Notes under the pieces: generated by a model
Told to the model about the DNA's origin: nothing
What the model saw: only the letters and a program-made list of their open reading frames with translations
Databases searched by the model: none
Part shown: in pieces, positions 1 to 9,906 of the stretch
Layout of the letters: each line of letters starts with the position of its first letter
How positions within the stretch are numbered: position 1 is the stretch's first letter
Translations under genes and position numbers: made by a program
Assembly: GCA_031425255.1 (NCBI GenBank)
Contig: JANPIY010000289.1
Coordinates: forward strand, 1 to 58,672
Direction of reading: 5' to 3'
DNA length: 58,672 bases
Source of the DNA: Planctomycetota bacterium
Lineage (GTDB): Bacteria; Planctomycetota; UBA11346

Positions 1-340
1 TGACGCGCACGAAGAAGGCCACCTTGATGTCGGCGCGGATGTTGTCGGAGCAGATCAGGCCGTTGGCGCCCTGGCGATCGACCTCGATGGTCTTGAGCGA
101 GATGTCCATGATCTCGACGCGGTGGACCACCGGATAGACCAGGGCACCGGTGAAGGTCACCAACGGTTCCTTGCTCAGGGTGTTGACGATCATGGCAAAG
201 CCCTGGTCGACCTTGCGGTAGTAGGCTTTGATGATGCCGACCACCACCAGGAGGAGCATGCCGATGATGACGATCACGCCCCCCGCGTACACCACGGTGC
301 TGAGAGCGGAGCTGGAGGTGGTGACGAGCGCATCGGCCAT
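1..340 (-). CDS. SPFH/flotillin-family protein (YqiK-like), N-terminal 113 codons only; gene runs off the left edge
   Basis: Not in the ORF track because it leaves the window. Reverse translation from ATG at 340 gives MADALVTTSSSALSTVVYAGGVIVIIGMLLLVVVGIIKAYYRKVDQGFAMIVN...NIRADIKVAFFVRV. That is a TM anchor followed by the start of a band-7/SPFH fold, laid out like E. coli YqiK. It lies directly downstream of a YqiJ-like gene. Confidence 0.75.
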   Translation of the reverse strand, partial: MADALVTTSSSALSTVVYAGGVIVIIGMLLLVVVGIIKAYYRKVDQGFAMIVNTLSKEPLVTFTGALVYPVVHRVEIMDISLKTIEVDRQGANGLICSDNIRADIKVAFFVRV

Positions 341-361
341 GGAACTATCCTCGACTTGTCA

Positions 362-385
362 CGTCCGTTGTGAGGGGGTCGGACG
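362..385. repeat. Short inverted repeat CGTCCG-N12-CGGACG in the spacer between the YqiJ-like and flotillin genes
   Basis: Read directly: CGTCCG at 362-367 and CGGACG at 380-385, giving a 6-bp stem and 12-nt loop. It has the same GTCCG/CGGAC core as the heptamer arrays at 11763-11917 and 57685-57774. Confidence 0.5.
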
Positions 386-396
386 GCAAGTGGGCG

Positions 397-1191
397 CTAG
401 TGTGGGCGTTCGTGCTGCCTTTCCAGTGAAACCGGGGTCACGGGCGTGGAAGCCGGCGAAACCAGACTCTTTGATGACGTCTGCGCTGGCGAGGGCGTGG
501 AGACGGGCGGCGGCAGCGCCGGCGGCAAGCCGACCCCGAGCACGCCTGCATCCGGCGATAGATGGCTGAATGGCGCGACCAGATACACCTGTCTCGCCGC
601 GTCGTATTCCACCACCACCGCCATGTCGTCGCGCGCCAATACGACGCCATCACGACAGATGACGTTGAGCAGGATGTCCGGGCCGGCGACATCGCAGGTC
701 GCGGTGCCGAAGTCCTTATCAACGGTGCGCGAGGAGATCCGCACCATGCGTCCGACCAGGCCGGCTTCGCCGTGTTCGGTATGCAGCGTGAACACACCGC
801 GCAGGGGACGCACCGCCAGGGAGGTCATCATCAGGGCGGGAATCACCGCCGCCGGTCCCAGCAGCAGCGAGAACAGCGGACCGGAGATCAGCGACGACAG
901 CGGCGCCCGCAGCGCCAATTCGGCGAACATGCAGAGCAGCCAGCTGAGCACGACGAACACCGACACGGTGATGGTCAGCGGCACCTTGCCGAAAGAGAAG
1001 AAGTCCAGGAAGCCATGGCTGCCGCCGTCACCGTGCGCCACGTCACCGTCGTGGTGTCCACCACCCAGGTGGAAGAGGTCGAGGTCCAGTACGCCAGCGA
1101 TCACCGTCACCCAATAGGGCAGCAACAGCCCCATCAGGCAGGTGAAGATCACGGTGGGAAAAGCCATCAGGGCGGCGAGGAATTCCGGCAT
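397..1191 (-). CDS. NfeD/YqiJ-like membrane protein (TM helices plus C-terminal OB-like soluble domain)
   Basis: The ORF track gives 397..1413. I start it at the internal ATG at 1191 (MPEFLAALMAFPTVIF...), because the upstream 74 codons are Arg/Pro-rich junk facing the divergent gene. The protein has hydrophobic helices, a His/Gly/Asp-rich loop and a beta-rich C-terminus (GRMVRISSRTVDKDFGTATCDVAGPDILLNV). It sits 56 nt upstream of the flotillin gene, in yqiJK-type synteny. Confidence 0.65.
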   Translation of the reverse strand: MPEFLAALMAFPTVIFTCLMGLLLPYWVTVIAGVLDLDLFHLGGGHHDGDVAHGDGGSHGFLDFFSFGKVPLTITVSVFVVLSWLLCMFAELALRAPLSSLISGPLFSLLLGPAAVIPALMMTSLAVRPLRGVFTLHTEHGEAGLVGRMVRISSRTVDKDFGTATCDVAGPDILLNVICRDGVVLARDDMAVVVEYDAARQVYLVAPFSHLSPDAGVLGVGLPPALPPPVSTPSPAQTSSKSLVSPASTPVTPVSLERQHERPH

Positions 1192-1291
1192 GGCCGTGAC
1201 GCTAGGCGACAAGCGGCGGAGGTCATGTGGAAACGCTGTGCTGCCCGGGCGATCTCGTAGCGCACTTGGCGCTGCCGCGATCGGGACCAGG

Positions 1292-1870
1292 ATGCCGCCC
1301 ATGACCGCCTCCGCCTGGACTCCGTGGTTGAAGAAGGGCAGGCGCCTGCTGCGTTGGTGGTTCGCGGGATTGGACCATCGCGGCTGGTTCGCTGGCCTGC
1401 GCTTGCTGGTCACCGGACTCGGCCTGGGGCTGCTGATCGGCGCCAGCGGTACCCGTTACTACCGCATGATCCTGGTCCAGGAATTCGCCTTGCCGAGGCC
1501 GGTCGTCGATCCGCCTCCGGGAATGCGCTGGGTCAAGATCAAGACGACCGGCTACTGCCCGTGCGAGATCTGCTGCCCTGGCTCCAGCGATGGCCGCACC
1601 GCCATCAACCGCCCGGTGGCGACCTTTCCCTTCGGCATCGCCACCGATCGCAAGCTGGTGCCGTACCGCACCCTGGTCGACGTGCCCGGCTATGGCCTGG
1701 CGATGGTCGATGACACTGGTGGCGCGATGCGCCAGAGCGCCGCGCGCGGCGTGGTCCATTTCGATCTGCGCTTCATCACCCACGCGCAGGCCAAGAGCTG
1801 GGGGGTGCGCTCGCTCTATGTCGCACTGCCGGCGACCTGTCCGGCGGCGCTCCTGCCGCAACCGCCATGA
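1292..1870 (+). CDS. 3D (Asp-Asp-Asp) domain-containing protein, membrane anchored
   Basis: The C-terminal region VKIKTTGYCPCEICCPGSSDGRTA...VDVPGYGLAMVDDTGGAM...VHFDLRF matches the 3D/MltA-like barrel signature, and the N-terminus has a TM segment. The start is uncertain: ATG at 1292 or 1301, while the ORF opens at 1142. Confidence 0.75.
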   Translation: MPPMTASAWTPWLKKGRRLLRWWFAGLDHRGWFAGLRLLVTGLGLGLLIGASGTRYYRMILVQEFALPRPVVDPPPGMRWVKIKTTGYCPCEICCPGSSDGRTAINRPVATFPFGIATDRKLVPYRTLVDVPGYGLAMVDDTGGAMRQSAARGVVHFDLRFITHAQAKSWGVRSLYVALPATCPAALLPQPP

Positions 1871-1966
1871 CGTTGTGAGGCCATCCAATGCGGTGTATAT
1901 CCAGGGGCCGCTTTCTCCGCCCCCAGGAACGTTCTCCGTGATCCAGCGCCTGGCTTCGGTCAACAG

Positions 1967-4900
1967 ATGAACTCGCAACGCCAGGCCGGCTACGGCTTCC
2001 TGCTGGCCCTTGGTGTGCTCGGCTTCATCACCGTCACCACCTGGCGCTACGCGACCAGCTACATCGGTGGGACTCATCAGGTCGATCGCTCCCGCGAGGT
2101 GATGACGCGGCTCGAGCGTCTGCTCGGCGCCCTGCGCGAGGTCGAGGGCGGTGCCCAGGGGTACATCCTCAGCGGCGACGACGATCACCTCGCGCGCCAT
2201 CAGTCGCTACGGGATCAGGTCGGCGCCCATCTGGATGAGGTGCGCCGCCTGACGATGGCGGATGCGCGTCAGCAACAGGCGCTGGTGGGGCTGGCGCCGT
2301 TGGTGGGGGAGAAGCTTTCCATCATCCAGCACAGCGTCGAACTGCGCCGGCAGCAGGGGCAGGGCGCGGCGATCCTCTCCCTGCGCAACCACAACGGCAA
2401 ACGGGTGATGGCCGCGATCGCCAGCGGGATCGACGAGCTGTTGGCCCACGAGGAGCGCCTCCTGGCCGAGAGCAAGGATCAGACCCTCGCCAGCGCTCGC
2501 TCGATCCTGATGGTCCTGGCCGCCGGCGTCCTGGTGCAGGTGGCCCTGTTGATGTGGGTCTACCGGCTGCTCAGCCGGGATAACGCCGCTCGCCATCACG
2601 CGGCCACGGTGCTCAGCGAATCGGAGCTGCGCTACCGCCGGCTATTCGAAAGCGCGAGCGACGGGGTGCTGCTGGTGGACGCGGCGACCGCGCGGGTGAT
2701 GGAGTCGAACCCCGCCTTCACCAGCATGCTCGGTTTCGCCCGCGAGGAGGTGGTCGGTCGACGCTTGTGGGAGATCGGGGTGTTCGCCGAAGCCTTCGCC
2801 GATGAGCGCCGCAGCAGCGCCTGTTTTGACACCCTCAAAGACCAGGGCCAACTGCGGCTCAGCGATCTGGCCTTGATCAACAAGCACGGTGGCATCGTCA
2901 GCGCCGAGATGGTGATGTGCGGATTCCGCGCCGCCGACCGGGCGATGATTCAATGCAACCTGCGCGATATCAGCGAACGCAAGACCATGGCCTCGGCGCT
3001 CCGCCGAGCGGTGGCCCATGAGCAGGCGATCGTGGCCTGCGCCAATTACGGCATCATCTCGCTCAACTCCGATTTCAAGGTGCGGAGCTGCAACGCCGCC
3101 GCCGCGCGCATGCTGGGCGTCGCCGCCGACACTCTGGTCGGACAATCGCCGGAGCGCTTCCACCTCGCCGACGACCTGACCGCGCGCATGTCCGACCTCG
3201 CCCATGAACAGCGCTGGCCGGCGGCGCCGGGATTCGAGCTGCTGCAGCGCAAGCTCGATGCTGGCGATGTCGACGAACGCGAATGGACCTGGCAGCACCA
3301 CAATGGTCGGCGTTTCCCCGTGCTGATGTCGACCTCGGCGATGCGCAACCCCAGCGGCGACGTCATCGGCTACCTCGCCATCGCCTCCGACGTCAGCGAA
3401 CGCCGGCGCATGGAGCGCGCCCTGCGCGAGACCACCCGCCTCCAGCAGGCCATCCTCGATGGCGCCAACTTCAGCATCATCTCCACCGATGTGGATGGCG
3501 TGATCATGACCTACAACAGCGCCGCCCAACGCTGGCTTGGGTATGGCGCCAACGAACTGGTGGGACGGGTGACCCCGGCGGTGGTGCATGACGCCGATGA
3601 GCTGCGGCGGCGCGCCGATGAATTGTCGCGCGAGCTGGGCCGGCCGGTGGAGGCGAGTTTCGAAGCGCTGGTCGCCAAGGCGCGTACCGGTCAGGCCGAT
3701 GAGCGCGAATGGATCTATGTCGCCAAGAACGGTCGCCGTTTTCCCGTGCGCCTGTCGGTCACCGCCCTGGGCAGCGGCGACGGTGAGCTGACCGGGTACC
3801 TCGCCATCGGCATCGACCTGAGCGACCGCCAGCGCGCAGAGGAAGAGCTCGACCGCTTCTTCTCGATGACCGTGAGTCTGCTGTGCATCGCCGGCTTCGA
3901 TGGCTATTTCAAGCGTTTGAATCCGTCCTGGTCCGCACTGCTCGGCTGGAGCGAGGCGGAGCTGCTGACCCAGCCGTTCACCTCCTTCGTGCACCCGGAG
4001 GACCTCGACGACACCCTGCGTGAAGCGGACAAGATCTCCGCCGGTCATGCCACCGTGTCGTTCATCAATCGTTACCGCTGCAAGGATGGTTCCTGGCGGA
4101 CGCTGCGCTGGGTCTCGGCGCCTGACCGTGGGCGCGGTCTGGTCTTCTCCGCCGCGCAGGACGTCACCGAACTGCTGAGCATCCAGCAGGAACTGGAACA
4201 CGCCAAGGAGACCGCCATCGCCGCCAGCCAGGCGAAAAGCGATTTCCTCGCCAATATGAGCCACGAGATCCGTACGCCGATGAACGGCGTGATCGGGATG
4301 ACCGGCCTGCTCCTCGAGACTCCGTTGACCATCCAACAACGGAGCATGCTGGAGACCGTCCGCGGCAGCGCCGACAGTCTTTTGTCGCTGATCAACGACA
4401 TCCTCGATTTCTCCAAGATCGAAGCCGGACGTATGGAGCTGGAGCAGATCGATTTCGACCTCCGCCAAGTGGTCGAGGACGCAGCGGGTCTCCTGGGCGA
4501 GAAGGCGTACACCAAGAATCTCGAACTCGTCACCATCATCGCCGAAGATGCTCCCATCGCGGTGCGCGGCGATCCGGGACGCTTGCGCCAGGTGCTGGTC
4601 AATCTCATCGGCAATGCCGTCAAATTCACCGACTCCGGAGAAGTCGTGGTGCGGGTCGAGCTCGACTCCGATACCTCCAGCGGCTTGCAGCGGGCGATCC
4701 GCGGCGTGCTGCCCGCCTCGGGCATCGAACCGACGCTGGAACCGGTGACGCTGTCGTTCGAGGTGCAGGATACCGGCATCGGAATCGACCTCGCCATCCA
4801 GCAGCGGCTGTTCCAGTCGTTCGAACAGGCGGACAACTCGACCACCCGCAAATATGGCGGCAGCGGCCTCGGCCTGGCGATCTGCAAGAGCCTGGTCGCG

Positions 4901-6220
4901 CTGATGGGTGGCAAGATCAGCGTCGTCAGCATGCCCGGTGCTGGCAGCGTGTTCCGCTTCAGCGTCGCTTTCGTCCCACGAACCGCCCAACCCTCCGTCA
5001 TCTCACCGCTGCTGCACGGACGCACGGTGCTGGTGGTCGATGACAATGCCACCTGCCGTACCCTGCTCTACCGTTGGCTCAGCGCCTGGGGCATGGATTG
5101 CCATCTGGCCGCGGACACCGAGGCCGCGCGGACGATCCTCGCTGAAGTGGATATCGCCGTGGTGGTGCTGGATGCCGGACGCCAGACCCATACCACCCTC
5201 GACTTCGCCCGCGCGCTCACCCAGGCTGAACGCACCGCCGGCAGCGGGCTGGTCCTGCTGACGCCCTTCGGAGCCCAGCGGCTGACCAATGACGCGCTCA
5301 GCGCCGGCTTCGATGTCTGCGTCGACAAGCCGCTGCGCCAATCCGCGGTCCATCATGCGCTCACCACGGCCCTGGGCGTGACCGAAACACGCACGCAGGG
5401 TCGCGTCAATGCGCTGTCGACCCGCCGGCATTTCGGCGGACGCGTGCTGGTGGCGGAGGACAACGCCATCAACCAGCGCCTCACCGCGGCCCAGCTCGCA
5501 CGTTTCGGACTCCATGCCGATATCGTGGCCAATGGCAGCGAAGCGCTCGCCGCGCTTGCCCAGCTGCCCTACGACCTGGTGCTGATGGACTGCCAGATGC
5601 CGGAGATGGACGGCTACCAGGCCACCCGCGAAATCCGCGCGCGCGAAGTCCTCAGTGGCCAGCCCCACCTGCCAGTAGTGGCGATGACCGCCAATGCGAG
5701 GGCCGGTGATCGCGCTCTCTGCCTGGCCGCCGGCATGGACGATTACATCGTCAAGCCGGTGCGCCTGGAAGTCTTGCAGGAGGTCCTCGGGCGCTTCCTG
5801 CCAGAGATCGCGGAGCTGACCAGCGCGACGGCTCCGGCGGAGGATGCTCCCGGGTCGGCAGCCAGCGAGGTCGCGATCGATCCGCGGCTGCTCACCCGGC
5901 TACGCGAGGAACTCGACGATGACGCGACCTTCACCGACATGATCGCGATCTTTCTCAGCGAGGCCCCGCTCCATGTCCAAGCGGTGATCGATGGCGCCGC
6001 CAGGGACCAAGGCGCCTTGCGGCGTGCGGCGCATAAACTCAAGGGTTCCAGCCAGATCATGGGTGCCCAGCGTCTGGTCCAGTGCTGTGTCCACCTCGAA
6101 GAGCTGGCCCGTGCCGCGGATACCAACGGGATCAGTGTGCAAGTCGGTGAGCTGCCTGGGGTGCTCGCGGCAACACTGGCGGCGCTCCGCCAGGCCACCC
6201 GCGATCTGTCCACTACCTGA
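1967..6220 (+). CDS. Hybrid sensor histidine kinase: CHASE3-TM-multiple PAS-HisKA/HATPase-2 receiver domains-HPt
   Basis: 1417-aa ORF. It has an N-terminal TM plus a CHASE3-like segment ([18 protein letters not shown]), a second TM, and several PAS/PAC units. Kinase motifs are the H-box [14 protein letters not shown] and the N/G boxes [16 protein letters not shown] and [10 protein letters not shown] divergent receiver is followed by a canonical receiver ([11 protein letters not shown]...[13 protein letters not shown]...VKP) and a C-terminal HPt (HKLKGSS). Confidence 0.95.
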   Translation: MNSQRQAGYGFLLALGVLGFITVTTWRYATSYIGGTHQVDRSREVMTRLERLLGALREVEGGAQGYILSGDDDHLARHQSLRDQVGAHLDEVRRLTMADARQQQALVGLAPLVGEKLSIIQHSVELRRQQGQGAAILSLRNHNGKRVMAAIASGIDELLAHEERLLAESKDQTLASARSILMVLAAGVLVQVALLMWVYRLLSRDNAARHHAATVLSESELRYRRLFESASDGVLLVDAATARVMESNPAFTSMLGFAREEVVGRRLWEIGVFAEAFADERRSSACFDTLKDQGQLRLSDLALINKHGGIVSAEMVMCGFRAADRAMIQCNLRDISERKTMASALRRAVAHEQAIVACANYGIISLNSDFKVRSCNAAAARMLGVAADTLVGQSPERFHLADDLTARMSDLAHEQRWPAAPGFELLQRKLDAGDVDEREWTWQHHNGRRFPVLMSTSAMRNPSGDVIGYLAIASDVSERRRMERALRETTRLQQAILDGANFSIISTDVDGVIMTYNSAAQRWLGYGANELVGRVTPAVVHDADELRRRADELSRELGRPVEASFEALVAKARTGQADEREWIYVAKNGRRFPVRLSVTALGSGDGELTGYLAIGIDLSDRQRAEEELDRFFSMTVSLLCIAGFDGYFKRLNPSWSALLGWSEAELLTQPFTSFVHPEDLDDTLREADKISAGHATVSFINRYRCKDGSWRTLRWVSAPDRGRGLVFSAAQDVTELLSIQQELEHAKETAIAASQAKSDFLANMSHEIRTPMNGVIGMTGLLLETPLTIQQRSMLETVRGSADSLLSLINDILDFSKIEAGRMELEQIDFDLRQVVEDAAGLLGEKAYTKNLELVTIIAEDAPIAVRGDPGRLRQVLVNLIGNAVKFTDSGEVVVRVELDSDTSSGLQRAIRGVLPASGIEPTLEPVTLSFEVQDTGIGIDLAIQQRLFQSFEQADNSTTRKYGGSGLGLAICKSLVALMGGKISVVSMPGAGSVFRFSVAFVPRTAQPSVISPLLHGRTVLVVDDNATCRTLLYRWLSAWGMDCHLAADTEAARTILAEVDIAVVVLDAGRQTHTTLDFARALTQAERTAGSGLVLLTPFGAQRLTNDALSAGFDVCVDKPLRQSAVHHALTTALGVTETRTQGRVNALSTRRHFGGRVLVAEDNAINQRLTAAQLARFGLHADIVANGSEALAALAQLPYDLVLMDCQMPEMDGYQATREIRAREVLSGQPHLPVVAMTANARAGDRALCLAAGMDDYIVKPVRLEVLQEVLGRFLPEIAELTSATAPAEDAPGSAASEVAIDPRLLTRLREELDDDATFTDMIAIFLSEAPLHVQAVIDGAARDQGALRRAAHKLKGSSQIMGAQRLVQCCVHLEELARAADTNGISVQVGELPGVLAATLAALRQATRDLSTT

Positions 6221-6273
6221 GCGATGGGGATGCGCCGATGACGGCGTCCGCTACAGGTTGACCGTGTGCCGCT

Positions 6274-7830
6274 TTGCGTCTGCGGATTCCGCAGGGTACC
6301 CTACCCCTCACTCGCTCCCCTGGGGCAGTCAAGGACGGCACGGTGGAGCGACCGCTGACAATTGATGAGCTGGCTACGACACACGACGGCCACTTGCCCT
6401 CCAGTCGCTGGCCAGCGCGTCTGATGGCGGGCGCCGGGATGCTGATCGTGGCGATCGCTCTCTTGGTGCTCCTGGGCTGGCTGCTGCGCAGCGTGGTCCT
6501 GACCAGCCTGACCCAAAAATTCCCGGCGATGCAGATCAATACCGCTTTGGCCCTGCTGGCCTGCGGAGGCGGCTTGTGGGGCTTCAGCCGGCGCCATGGC
6601 CGGATGGTGGCGAGCGCTGGAGGCATCGTGGGCCTGATCGGACTGGCGACCCTGAGCGAGCATCTGTTCGATATCGATCTGGGCATCGATCGTCCTTTCG
6701 GCGATCCGTTCTTCACGCAAGGGGTGATGCGACCGGGGCGCATGGCGCCGGTCACTGCCCTCGGCCTCAGCCTGCTGGGCAGCGCGTTGCTGGCGATGGT
6801 GCGCAGCCCCCTGCTCGGCTGGCGGGCGGTGTACACCGGCATCATCGGTGCGCTGACCGCGACCTTGGGGGTGTTTTCGATCGCCGGTCTGCCCTTAGGC
6901 CTCGGTGAAACCTATGGCTGGGGCAATCTCATCCGCTTGGCGCCGATGACCGCCTTCTGCTTCCTCATCATCGGTGCCAGCCTGACCAGCTGGGTCCTGC
7001 TGCGACATCACACCGATCGCCTGCCGCTGGCCGAGGCGCGGCGTTCGATCATCGGCTATTCGGTGATCGGCACCGGAATCGTCGCGTTGTTCAGCGCCGC
7101 GCTCGTCGCCGTACCGCTTTATGTGACCATGCAGAACCATGAACGTACCGCGCTGCTGCGGCTGGCGCAGGGCCGTGCGGCGCTGTGCTCGGATTACCTC
7201 CAGCACGTCGAAGATCTCGCCCGCCAGATCAGCGCGTCCACTCCGGACGCGGCGCTGGCGACCGTCATGACCGCGAGCAATGACATCGCCGGCCTGACCC
7301 GCCTGCACCAGGACGGCACTGCGCTGGCGACGGTCGGGCTGGCGTTGCCGGCGGATCATCCGGCGCGTTCCAGCGGGCATAGGCACGGCCTCGGCGATCC
7401 GCTGATGGACGCGGGCACCGTCCTCCTGGTGGTGACGTCGCCGGTGATCGCCAGCGATGGAGTGCAACGGGCCAGGGACGTCGTGCTGATACATAGCATC
7501 GACTTGCTGCGTGCGCTCATCCGCCATCCGGATGAGGACGTCTCCCTCAGCGCGCACCTGCTGGTGCCGACCGCCCACGGCCTGCGGCGATTCGTACCCA
7601 AGGCGGGCAAAGACGGTCTGGCCATGGTCAGCGCCGCGGCAGATCCCCAGGCCACGCGGTCGGAGGGTGGAGTCCGTCTGCTTGATGGCCGCACCAGCAC
7701 TCCGGTCCTGGAAGCCGTCGTCGCGATACCCGGCAGCGCCTGGCAGGTGGTGGTGAGCGTCCAGGCCGGTGCCGCCTTCGGCACCATCAACCACAACCTG
7801 CTGATGTGCTGGCGATGGTCGGCGCTTTGA
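6274..7830 (+). CDS. Polytopic membrane plus extracytoplasmic sensor module; apparently the detached N-terminal half of the downstream kinase (possible frameshift/pseudogene)
   Basis: 518-aa ORF with a TTG at 6274; the first ATG is at 6424. It has about 6 hydrophobic helices, then a ~250-aa soluble segment, and ends ...[16 protein letters not shown]. There is no output domain. The TM helix expected after such a sensor domain is encoded in the -1 frame at the start of the next ORF, with a 25-nt overlap. Confidence 0.65.
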   Translation: MRLRIPQGTLPLTRSPGAVKDGTVERPLTIDELATTHDGHLPSSRWPARLMAGAGMLIVAIALLVLLGWLLRSVVLTSLTQKFPAMQINTALALLACGGGLWGFSRRHGRMVASAGGIVGLIGLATLSEHLFDIDLGIDRPFGDPFFTQGVMRPGRMAPVTALGLSLLGSALLAMVRSPLLGWRAVYTGIIGALTATLGVFSIAGLPLGLGETYGWGNLIRLAPMTAFCFLIIGASLTSWVLLRHHTDRLPLAEARRSIIGYSVIGTGIVALFSAALVAVPLYVTMQNHERTALLRLAQGRAALCSDYLQHVEDLARQISASTPDAALATVMTASNDIAGLTRLHQDGTALATVGLALPADHPARSSGHRHGLGDPLMDAGTVLLVVTSPVIASDGVQRARDVVLIHSIDLLRALIRHPDEDVSLSAHLLVPTAHGLRRFVPKAGKDGLAMVSAAADPQATRSEGGVRLLDGRTSTPVLEAVVAIPGSAWQVVVSVQAGAAFGTINHNLLMCWRWSAL

Positions 7831-9884
7831 CCCTCCTGGGTGCCCTGGGCGTCTATGCCCTGGTGCGGCCGCTGACTTCATCGCTGCTCCTGCACGCCGA
7901 TGAGCTGCAGGCCCAGGTCGCTGCGCGCACTGAGCGCCTCAACACTGAGCTGGTGGAACGCCAACGCGTCACGCAAGCCCTGGCGATCAGCGAGGAACGT
8001 TTCCGCTTCCTCTCGACGGCTGCGCCCGTGGGCATCTTCCAGACCGATGCCAAGGGCAACTGTCTCTACACCAATCCGCGCTGGCAGCTCTTCGCGGGCC
8101 TGACTCTGGAACAGAGTCTTGGCGATGGCTGGGCCACGGCGTTGCATCCGGAGGATCGCCCACAGATGTTCGCCGCGTGGCAGGCCAGCATCACCACCGG
8201 CAAGGACTTCACCGGCGAGTTCCGCTTCCGGACCCCGTCCGGCGAGGTGCGCTGGATCCTCTCGCATGCGGCCGTGGTGTTGGCCAAGGATGGCTCGACC
8301 ATCGGCTACGTCGGTACTGATCAGGACATCACCGAACGCAAGCTGGCGCAGGACGCCCTCGCTCAATCCGAAGCCCGCTTCCGCTCGGTGGTCAGTTCGG
8401 CCAACGCGGCGATCATCCATAGCGATGCCAACGGGGTGATCTGTTCATGGAATCCGGCCGCGGAGCGCATCTTCGGCTATCCCCAGGCCGACATCGTCGG
8501 GCAGCCATTGACGCAACTGATGCCCCCACGGCTGCATGCCGCCCACCGCCAGGGTCTGCAACGGGTGAGCCAGGGCGGTGACGCCAAGGTCATCGGTCAG
8601 ACCGTGGAGCTGATGGCCTTGCACCGCGACGGGCACGAATTCCCCATCGAGCTGTCGCTCGCCATGTGGCGCACCAGCGATGGGCTTTTTTTCAGCGGCA
8701 TCATCCAGGACATCACCGAGCGCGCGCGCCAGCAGGCGGAGTTGTACGCGGCCAAGGAGGCGGCCGAAGCCGCCGCCCGGGCCAAGAGCGATTTCCTCGC
8801 CACCATGAGCCACGAGATCCGCACGCCGATGAACGGCGTGATCGGCATGGCTGGACTGCTGCTCGACACCCCGCTCAGCGAAGCCCAGCGCGCCATGGTC
8901 GATACCGTGCGCGGCAGTGCCGACAGCCTGCTGATCATCCTCAATGACATCCTCGACTTCTCCAAGATCGAGGCCGGGAAGATGACGCTGGAGGCGCTCG
9001 ATTTCTCGCCCCGTCAAGTGCTCGAGGAGGCCAGCGCCCTGCTGCGGCAGCGTGCGCTCGATCGCGGGCTGACGCTGACCGCGACCCTCGCGACCGAGGT
9101 CCCGGAGACCGTGCGCGGTGACCCCGGTCGGTTGCGCCAGGTGCTGGTCAACCTCATCGCCAATGCGGTGAAATTCACCGAGCGCGGCGGGGTGATGGTG
9201 GAGGTGACGCGGGCCGGGGAGTTCCTCGCCTTTGCCGTGCGGGACACCGGCATCGGCATCCTTCCCGACCACCAGGGCCGCCTGTTCTCAGCCTTCACCC
9301 AGGCCGACAGTTCGACCACGCGCCGTTTTGGCGGTACCGGGCTGGGCCTGGCGATCTGCAAACGTCTGGTCGAACTGATGGGCGGGACCATCGGGCTGAC
9401 GAGCGTCCCAGGCACCGGCAGCACCTTCCATTTCACCGCGCTGCTCCCGCCGCGACCGACCCCAGCGAAAACCGCTGCGACCATGCAGGCGCCGGCCCGA
9501 TTGCGTGGACGGGTCCTGGTGGCGGAAGACAACCCGATCAATCAACGCGTCACCGTCGCACAGATCACCCGCCTGGGCCTGGTCGCGGATGTGGCCGCCA
9601 ATGGCATCGAGGCGCTCGCGGCCCTCGCCCAGCTACCCTACGACGCCGTGCTCATGGATTGCCAGATGCCGGAGATGGATGGTTTCCAGGCGACCAGGAT
9701 CCTGCGCGAGCGCGAGGTGCAGCGCGGTGATGGGCGGCACCTGCCGGTGATCGCCATGACCGCCAACGCCATGAGCGGCGATCGCGAGGAGTGCCTTGCC
9801 GCCGGCATGGATGACTACGTCGCCAAGCCGGTGCGCGTCGATCAGCTCGTGGCCACCCTCTCACGCTGGCTGCCGTCGGCCTGA
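7806..9884 (+). CDS. Hybrid sensor histidine kinase: TM-coiled coil-2 PAS-HisKA/HATPase-receiver
   Basis: 692-aa ORF opening with GTG at 7806. It starts with a TM helix ([19 protein letters not shown]) followed by PAS/PAC units. Kinase motifs are the H-box [30 protein letters not shown] and GGTGLGLAI. The receiver reads [11 protein letters not shown]...[12 protein letters not shown]...AKP. It is a close paralog of the C-terminal half of the 1967..6220 kinase. Confidence 0.9.
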   Translation: MLAMVGALTLLGALGVYALVRPLTSSLLLHADELQAQVAARTERLNTELVERQRVTQALAISEERFRFLSTAAPVGIFQTDAKGNCLYTNPRWQLFAGLTLEQSLGDGWATALHPEDRPQMFAAWQASITTGKDFTGEFRFRTPSGEVRWILSHAAVVLAKDGSTIGYVGTDQDITERKLAQDALAQSEARFRSVVSSANAAIIHSDANGVICSWNPAAERIFGYPQADIVGQPLTQLMPPRLHAAHRQGLQRVSQGGDAKVIGQTVELMALHRDGHEFPIELSLAMWRTSDGLFFSGIIQDITERARQQAELYAAKEAAEAAARAKSDFLATMSHEIRTPMNGVIGMAGLLLDTPLSEAQRAMVDTVRGSADSLLIILNDILDFSKIEAGKMTLEALDFSPRQVLEEASALLRQRALDRGLTLTATLATEVPETVRGDPGRLRQVLVNLIANAVKFTERGGVMVEVTRAGEFLAFAVRDTGIGILPDHQGRLFSAFTQADSSTTRRFGGTGLGLAICKRLVELMGGTIGLTSVPGTGSTFHFTALLPPRPTPAKTAATMQAPARLRGRVLVAEDNPINQRVTVAQITRLGLVADVAANGIEALAALAQLPYDAVLMDCQMPEMDGFQATRILREREVQRGDGRHLPVIAMTANAMSGDREECLAAGMDDYVAKPVRVDQLVATLSRWLPSA

Positions 9885-9906
9885 GTGGCCTGACGGCGGT
9901 CGAGCG

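Noticed and set aside
2642-4990. 782-aa ORF on the minus strand, plus nested ORFs 4072..5052 and 5003..5668.
   Set aside because: It is antisense to the CHASE3/PAS hybrid kinase, whose motifs are unambiguous. The antisense product is Arg/Gly/Ala/His/Asp-rich with no recognisable domain. This is the usual stop-codon-poor mirror frame of a high-GC gene.
8800-9850. A dispersed DNA repeat with 4250..5700 (near-identical stretches such as [14 protein letters not shown] and [11 protein letters not shown]).
   Set aside because: This is paralogy between the two hybrid kinases (HisKA/HATPase/receiver cores). It is not a mobile or non-coding repeat.
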